A stretch of 64,000 bases of DNA from Octopus vulgaris. Lineage: Eukaryota. Below the pieces are notes generated by a model. The model did not search any database. It had not been told where the DNA came from and worked only from the letters and a program-made list of their open reading frames with translations. The first letter of the stretch is position 1, and each line of letters starts with the position of its first letter. Location: the NCBI GenBank assembly GCA_951406725.2, contig OX597832.1:10044001-10108000 (forward strand), read 5' to 3'. Below, piece by piece: positions 55,885-64,000 of the stretch. Both the position numbers and the translations under genes were made by a program.

Positions 55885-57300
55885 ATCAATAAAAAATATT
55901 TGTTTTACAGGACTTAAGAGTATATTAGAGCCATTGTAATAAAGGTATACAATTTCGTACAAAATAAGGTTTTGTTCTTTCAATTTAATTAAAGTAAGGA
56001 GGGATTTCGCATTGCTCATCATACTAAGTTGAAAGAAAGAGATTGCTAGGGGCGGGGGAAATATTTCTGGAGGAGATAAATGTTCAGTCATTTATTTTTG
56101 AGTAAAGATTAGGTAAAGCTGTATTTTTTTAATCTGTATCCTATGTTCTATGCTTTATTCTGGCTTACATCTTCGATTACATGGGGTAAGTCCTATACTT
56201 TAAATTTCGGTTCGTATTTAACTCTGGTTTATATTCTTGGATAAATGGGGCTTCTTTATTCAGTTTTACTTTGGTTGAGGTCCAGAAGCCGAGTTGATAA
56301 AATGGGAAATTTTTGAATTGTTGTTGTAAGCGTTCTGCACTTTCGACTGTGTTGGCTGTGGAGGCACATGACCTAGTGGTTAGAGCACCGAACTGACGGC
56401 TGAGGGATCGCGGGTTCGAATCTCAGACCGGGCGATGTGTGTGTTTATGAGCGAAACACCTAAGCTCCACGCAGCTCCAGCAGAAAGTAATGGCGAAACT
56501 TCTGGTAATTCGTTCGCCCCAACTTTCTCTCACTCTTTCCTGCTGCACCTTGCAGCTCACCTGCGATGGGCCGACGACCCGTCCAGGTGGGGAACCTATA
56601 TGCCAAGAAACAAGGGAACCGGCCCTTATGAGCCAGGCATTGCTCGAGAAGGAGCAAACAACAAAAATGTGTTGGCTGATATATATTTGGCGATATTGTG
56701 GGCAGGAAAGTTGTCTGTAGATCGATTTTCCTGTTGATCCAATATAATTTCGATGGCAGCTCGATGATTTGATTACGTAAATGAAGTTTTGGGAGTTAGA
56801 TTTGAATTTGAATGTAAACTTATGTACATGTAGTTAGATTTGAATTTGAATATTTGTCCCCCTCTTGTCTCAAATGGAATGCTGATCCTTCCAACAGATT
56901 GGGAATGTTCCGCAATTATGGCGACTACACTTTACAACTCTTGCCTCCGTTGTTCTAGAGAATAGTTTGGCATTAGTGAGAAATTTCTTCAATGCCAAAG
57001 TATGTTTGCTGCTCTTAAAGATTTTATGGTTACGTAGAATCTTTTTAAGATTGGGGTTCCTATAGAGTATTGGAAGATTTTGGACGATAATTTACCTCCC
57101 CTTTGCTGCTAAATAAATGAGTGAACAATTATCTCCCCTAGCAATTATTTTTCTACTGGCAATTTATCTCTTTCAAATCTCAGCTGAGATGTGAAACCCA
57201 TCCTTACTTTAATAATGTTAAAAGAACAAAACACTTTTTGTACAATATTGCATATCATTATTATCTTAAATCCTGTAAATCAAATCTCAGCGTTTTTTCA
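55885..57300 (-). mobile_element. decayed Penelope-like element with inverted terminal repeats
   Basis: Arms ~55890-56097 and ~57110-57285 are imperfect reverse complements. The internal minus translation has KCSRHNCGT and NFIYVIKSSSCHRNYIGSTG (GIY-YIG). Microsatellites on both sides. Confidence 0.8.
56359..56667 (+). mobile_element. tRNA-derived SINE with an 11-bp target-site duplication
   Basis: TGACCTAGTGG A box, GGTTCGAATC B box, AAC/A tail. TGTGTTGGCTG at 56348-56358 and 56668-56678. Confidence 0.9.
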
Positions 57301-57367
57301 CCTTTTCTCTTTCTGCATCTATATTCACCACGAGTGTCTCCCCACTAAAACATTTTCTTTCTACACG

Positions 57368-57461
<94 letters not shown>

Positions 57462-58630
57462 ATGCAATATGTTACATTACTCGGTAGTCAAGATAAAACT
57501 CTGAGTTTCAGATGCCGAAGTGGAAATCCACAACACCATCTCTTCGGTTATCTGGCTATTTGAAAACGTTATGAAAAAATACCGTTAAAAATTAAGGGAA
57601 ATTACTCTGTTATAACTCTGCTTTGCCTGCGTACTTATACATCGCTCGCATTTTTCGTCATAAAAATTATATAAAAATACATAAAAATATATAAAAAATA
57701 TATAAAATCTTCTTGGTACATAACACAGAAAGCATGTTCTATCCGTTTTCTTTAGGGGACCAAAAACGTAACAGAAATTTAGTCACATGTGGGCATAATC
57801 CGAAAAGCTCTGTCCTTGTATTTAGACATGTGGTAGGGTCTAAGCTGCTTTTCCAGATAAGCCATCTCTCCATGTCGCATAAACCGCACCTTCCGCTGCC
57901 GTTAGTGTAGGGCTTACATCTGGCCAAAATCTTCCATTGTATGTTATAATCGACACCTTTATCTCTTAAAGACCAAATATGATTGGATAATTGTGTCACT
58001 TTTCTTTTGTTCCAGTGCCTAAAGCTCAAAGTGTGGTTATTGAACCTGGCCTTGAAATTACCCTCTGTCAGGCCCACGTATTTCTTCGTCGAAACGGTGC
58101 CTTTAGTGGTTATAGAGTTTACGGTAGCTTCATATATGATGGTCTTGGACATGCAAGCTCCATTTAGCGGGCACAATTCTTTATTCCTGCATGAACAGCT
58201 GTTTTCTTCTTGTGTTTTTTGTATGTTATGATTGATTATGTTTTTAAAATTGGTAGTTGAACTAAAACTAATTTTTAAACTGTGTCTATTGAAGAGTTTC
58301 CTATAAGCATGGTTAACTGGAAAATGTCTATCTATCAGTGCTAGGAAATATTTACCTATATTGAAGGCCACCTCGGGTGAGTAAGGGGCGTAAACCAGAT
58401 GACCTTCCTATTTCTATTATTCCTTTTCCTTACTGTTGGGCTGGTGATAGGTGTATATTTTATTATTTCGCTAAAACCACTATCTTTTAAAGCTTTATTA
58501 TAAACTGGGGCAACGCTATTGAAGATGTCCTCATTAGATGAGAGGCTAGAAATCCTCTTACTAATATTTTAAACTAAATTTTTGAATACTATAGGGGGAT
58601 GGCATGAACCTACATTAATATAACTTAGTC
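57462..58630 (-). mobile_element. 5'-truncated Penelope-like element (RT end + GIY-YIG endonuclease + 3' repeat) between (TA)n tracts
   Basis: YINVGSCHPP..RISSLSSNE upstream. ORF 57739-58371 has CSCRNKELCPL.G.C, IIYEA..YVGLTE..FKARF.NH, C.LC..E, LN.RTEL...C.H. Frameshifts present. Confidence 0.92.
57491..57553 (-). ncRNA. hammerhead motif in the Penelope 3' repeat (U>C in core)
   Basis: Minus strand: AGAUAA CCGAAGA GAUG..CAUC U GAAAC UCAGA GUU UUAUCU. Perfect 6-bp stem I. Confidence 0.75.
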
Positions 58631-58685
58631 TATATATATATATATATATATACTTTATTTAAAGCAGCAGAAAATTCAACAAAAT

Positions 58686-58723
58686 CTGTTACTCTGAGTT
58701 TCTCGTTGCCGTTCATCAGACAG
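58686..58723 (-). ncRNA. intact 38-nt minimal hammerhead ribozyme motif
   Basis: Minus strand: CUGU CUGAUGA ACG GCAA CGA GAAAC UCAGA GUA ACAG. Stem I CUGU/ACAG, GNRA loop II, stem III ACUC-A-GAGU. Confidence 0.85.
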
Positions 58724-59499
58724 TTTTTGCTAGAATGGAACATATATATTAATTCAATCTATACTCTTACAAACGCTACACCTTTAAAAAGAAATGGACT
58801 TGTTTGATTGGCCCTTTAGAAAAAACGGTCAATCTTCGAGCGATAAACAAAAAGGTCAAAAATATATGTATATATATATAAAAAACTTATAAAAATTATA
58901 AAATCCGAGGAAAAAACCGAGGAAAAAACCTATTGCCGTTAATGAAGACAGTACAAATTAATGCATAGAAATTAAACCTGTTATAAATACTGCAATACAT
59001 ATTTATATTAAAATCCACATATATATATCAACATACACAAAAGGATGCGCGTAAACGCCATACATACATATACAGACGTATGAATATGAATCTAAATTAT
59101 ACACATAAAAGCATGTGTACATATATTCACGCAAACCGTCTCGCACGCAAGCTAAAATTCATCTATGTAGCAATTCTCATATACTGAGCAAGGAGGGGGA
59201 ACGAAAGAAAGGGAAAGAGAGAAAAAAGAAATGCAGGAGGGGTGGGGAAAACTTGTAGCGATATTATTGGCATCTATAGAGGCCAGTATACATACACAAG
59301 TTTGAATTGATACATATACATACCGTCGTGTGTATGCGTGCTTACGCACAAGCATACTTTCACTTACACATACACAGATACGCATGCTTACAAATATATA
59401 TGCTTTGCTATATACAAACTTATATAAACATTCTAAATTTGACAACATTGCTTTTTTTAAAAAAAGACATTGCTTTTAAAAAATGGGTGCATTAATAAA

Positions 59500-60060
59500 A
59501 ATATATACGAAAGACATATAAAATAAAATATAACATCCTATTTTGGGTCATTTATAAATAATCAAGGTAATATAAATAATCAAGGTAATCTTATGCAATA
59601 CAATAACATGAAAACAAAGTTTGTAGGTTTTTCCTAATATATATGTAGAAACAATAAGACTTTGCTATATGTCCGTCGTAGCGCTCAAGAGTCAAAATCA
59701 AAATCAAAAAATCAAAATACAAAATATATACTCTATCCATATGGTATATTTATATTCGACATTTTAAATTTAGCCGTGTGCCTACATAAGTTCATTAATT
59801 CACTTCTTTGATTCAAAGAATTATTGTCTTTGAATAATATGTGCATTTTTTCTAATAAGCAGAGCCTGCACTTGAAATTATATTTGTAAGCTCCATGCCT
59901 GTATGGTGCCGCCCTGTCCAGAATGCTCCATGTCAGGTTGAAAGGTGGGGCTTCCTTTTCTTTTAGTTCCCAGACATATTTTGCTAGGCTGGTTTTCTTT
60001 CTGTTCTCTGGGTATTTAAAATAATTCTTATGAGAATAAAATCTTGTTTTAAATGAATTT
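59500..60060 (-). mobile_element. Penelope-like 3' fragment (GIY-YIG C-terminal half)
   Basis: Minus translation FKTRFYSHK..F..TSLAKYVWELKE..NLTWSILDRAAPY..CRLCLLEK..LNQRSELMNLCRH parallels ORF 57739-58371. Its 5' junction is at (TA)n 60061. Confidence 0.85.
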
Positions 60061-61461
60061 TATATATATATATAACAGCTCTCATCGTTTGTTATTACTG
60101 TTTTGTTGCCAATGTCCTGTTCTTTTTACCACTTTCAACCTCCACAATAAATCCCAAATTGTATTTAATTTGCTCTGCGGGAAGGACTGTTTCAACGAAA
60201 TTGCACCCTGTACTTACCCTCGATACGCGGAGTAGCTGCAACTGGGACAACTGAAGAAGTGGAATATTCTTTATTTTGTATGTCTCGTTTCTCTGTTTTT
60301 TTCATTGTTTTAAAATAGTTCGTTTCTATGTTTTTGTATTTACGCTTTTGTTTCACATTGTGTTCAACGTTTTTTTTATGTCCTGTACCCATATATGCAT
60401 TATATATACATATATATGTAGGTACAGATATGTATATGTGCATAGATTTATATATTATTTATATTATATATATGTATATGCATATATATATATTTACATA
60501 AACATATATTCATATATATTTATATATACATATACGTATATATATATATATGCATATAGATATACATGCATACATACATACGTATATATATATATATATA
60601 TATATGTGTATATGCATGTATATGTGTGCATGTATACATGCCTGTGTATTCACACACATGACATATCTACTTAAATTTAGGAAACTATATTTATGAATGA
60701 TACGGAAGAAGGCACTTTGTTGTTTCAATCTCTGTTAGTTTCTTGTACAAGAGTGATTTGTAATTACATGACCATGAATACATTTCATAGTGATGTCATA
60801 ATTTGTTGATTCTGTTTCAAAAATTTCGTATAACTCTTTCCATTATATATCGAACAGCTTACCGCTGATATCACACCTAGTTATATTTCAGAATGGTTAG
60901 TTTGCCAATCGTAATACAGTCCGTCTTAAGAGTAAAATATTTTCTCCTACATGTCGTTAGAGCTTAAATTTATCTTATCCTGTTTGTTCCAGAATCTAAT
61001 AGCTATGCTATATACAGTGGTGGTTTACTGAAATATATTCTCCATGTGCATTAGTGTTAATACTTGAAAATCACATGACTACTGCGATTATATTCTCTTC
61101 TACCTTCGTCTTTAATTTCAAGCAAATGGGAGCCACTTCATTTCTTCAGATATATATGGTGTGCATGCGCTATGTACCAAAGTCATTGACTTCGAAAGAC
61201 GAAAGAAGCAGAAAAGTCACCAGCTCATATTGGTGATACATGCCTTTTATTCTTAAGAAGATTTGAATAAAGATATTCTGCTTTCGAATATTGGACGAAG
61301 TTAAATGCTTTCGATCTTGAGTCGATACGATATATGTTTCATTTTATGAGTTCTATGAGAATCATTTGTTCAAATAATTTTTGTTTATGCTCACCGATGT
61401 GTTTCAAATTATTTTTTTCCCGGGTCGACAATAGTGACAATATAAGAGTTGTTATGTCGTC

Positions 61462-61580
61462 TGGCATTTCGTCTCATTTTACGTCCTGAGTTCAAATTCT
61501 GTCGAGGTCGATTTTGCCTTTCATCTTTTCAGGGTCGATTAAATAAGTACCAGTTACGCACTGAAGTCGATATAATCGAG
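61462..61580 (+). mobile_element. SINE fragment (family of 17975)
   Basis: GAGTTCAAATTC..GAGGTCGATTTTGCCTTTCATC..GGGTCGATTAAATAAGTACCAGTTACGCACTG. Confidence 0.85.
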
Positions 61581-62015
61581 GGAATCACGTGGTCCTGAAC
61601 AATCGCCATTTGCATGTGAGTGTGATTTTTGCGATACTAAAAGGGAAGTTGGGTTGTTTAGTTCACTGAACATAACGTCCACACACAGGGAAATATATCT
61701 ATACAGATATAGTCATACTTGATGCAGTATGGAATATGGTTAAAAAATGAAGACGGTATCAGTATTCTGAGAAAATTACATAAATAATTTTGATGAAAAA
61801 ATGTAGAAGAAAGTATTTGTAGGGCCAGAGAGTATCTAAAATGTTAGCTTATTATAATTTCGTCTTACACAATCAATCATACCGGAAAGTTGTTAAGATT
61901 ATTTGGCAATGGCATACGTACATCAAAATTTGTACAATTTTTGTCTGCACTAAAATTCTTTTGCTTAACTGTTACTTTTGGTTATACATGTACGTTTAAT
62001 TGGTTATACATGTAC

Positions 62016-62074
<59 letters not shown>

Positions 62075-62441
62075 CTCTCAGTTATACTGTTGTAAAACGA
62101 AAAGGGAAATATACCCAAACCGAGAGTGAGAAATTGTTGTAGCTACAAGCTTTGAAAATGATATACAATTACTATTCGGGATTTAATGATATGTCGTAAT
62201 ATTACGAAATCTTGCACGACTTATTTCCTATTAATAACTGTTTTCTTTTAATTGAAATTAAAAATTTGCTGAATTTATTTGAAATGTTTTGAACATAATT
62301 AAGTAGAGTGACTAGATGTAAACGAAAATAGTACCATTATTTGAGAATCACGCACGATTAGAATTTACACAACACAAACAACATCTCCATTATTTTCATA
62401 TTGTCTTTGAATATTTGTTGAATATAAGTCATATCTACAAA

Positions 62442-62510
<69 letters not shown>

Positions 62511-63103
62511 GATATATATATCTATATAGATGTTTATATATCAATATACGTATGTATGTGGTATATATACATATGCATGTATATATATATATATATAATA
62601 TGTTACGTAGGCGGTTATTTGTAGCTACGTGTGCTTACATATGTGCGTGTAAGTTCATAAATAAGTAGTTCAATACAAAAGTGACAGCTGTCGTAGTTAC
62701 CTGGTGAGGATTTAATGGATGTTTATTCCTTCGTGATTTCACTGACAATATGACGTCTTATAATAATAAAATTATATTTTTGTTTTTCGTTGCATCATTC
62801 ATTTGTTATATTATCATACTTTCGAAGATAGGACAACTCGCTTGTTAAAAGTTTCCTTTGCAAGTAAGAATAAATAAATATTTCATATCTTCTTTCGATA
62901 AGTTGGTATTTATTATGTATTGTCTGGAATGCACATTGCTATATAGAATAATTTTTGTTAGCTTTCATTTTGTTTCTTCACTGAATTCGCTGTGTAGCAA
63001 CTATAATTCTGCGTTCCTATACACAGGAAAAATATCGTATAAATAAATTGAAAATTTTAACAAATATTTGCAAATAGTAAAAATTAATATACAATGAAGG
63101 TTT

Positions 63104-63142
<39 letters not shown>

Positions 63143-63209
63143 GCGTAGGTGTGATGTAAAGTGCACACAAAAATCTATATAAGTATATATGTGTATGTTG
63201 TGTGTGCAT

Positions 63210-63250
<41 letters not shown>

Positions 63251-63277
63251 ATGTATATGTATATATATGTGTATGTG

Positions 63278-63327
<50 letters not shown>

Positions 63328-64000
63328 TAAGTGTGTGTTCGTGCATGCGAGTGTTTATATGTTTGCGCGTATGTTTGTGTATCTGTGTACGCATATATAT
63401 AGCTATGTATGCGCGAATGGCATTTCGGCATATCTGCGTTGGCAAAATATGAAAAAAACGAAAGATGTGCACTTTTGACATTTATAAGCTAACAGTGATT
63501 TATATATCGATTTCTGATAGAATATAATAACCTAAAGGAAAATACTATCTGTCGCTGCGATGAAATACCATAAAAGTCTCTGCATGTATTTGAGCTTAAT
63601 AGCAAAATAACAACATATACAAGTACGCTTGTACTACTTAGATTACATAGAGTTTACCGGGTTTTGGTAGATGCTAATTATATTGTCAACAGTTCAAGGA
63701 TTCAAGAATATGAAACATCGAAAGAACTTAGTTTCAAATGTATCATTGATGTTGAATGAATCCATATGATGAACACTTCATATTTCACTTTCGTTGTTTC
63801 AATAGTTATTTCTTCGTCAGAAACATAGGAGAAGGATGTCAAATGGATTGAATTGCGAATGAAGTAAGGTAATCTTAATATGTAGCCTTCGGTTTATACG
63901 GTGATGGAAATAAAAGGACTATTTCTATAGTATGTTTTCCTATTACCATGACATTTAATTGATCTTCCTCTTCCGTTAGAGATATGCATACATACACACA

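Noticed and set aside
56359-56432. tRNA gene
   Set aside because: It is the head of a SINE with a body, tail and target-site duplication.

Overview
AT-rich, microsatellite-dense eukaryotic DNA. The SINE families and (TA)n load suggest a coleoid cephalopod, probably Octopus (inference, not searched). The window reads as intronic/intergenic. It has one well-supported 144-nt coding exon (54137-54280, +) and two weak exon candidates. Most of the rest is mobile DNA: a young 5'-truncated CR1-type LINE (3160-5635); an R4/Dong-type restriction-like-endonuclease LINE inside a (TAA)n tract (34873-37460) plus an older relative; an L1/Tx1 remnant; a Gypsy integrase remnant; two decayed Tc1/mariner elements; a non-autonomous Helitron; a MITE; many tRNA-derived SINEs; and at least four Penelope-like (PLE, GIY-YIG) fragments. 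The signal not visible in the ORF track is a set of about 7 clear and several decayed minimal type-I hammerhead ribozyme motifs (stem I-CUGANGA-stem II-GAAAC-short or palindromic stem III-UH-stem I). They lie in PLE terminal repeats and in short ORF-less fold-back or tandem modules docked on (TA)n/(TAA)n tracts, and they belong to several different sequence families. Most ORFs in the track are microsatellite artefacts. All calls were made by eye and boundaries are approximate.
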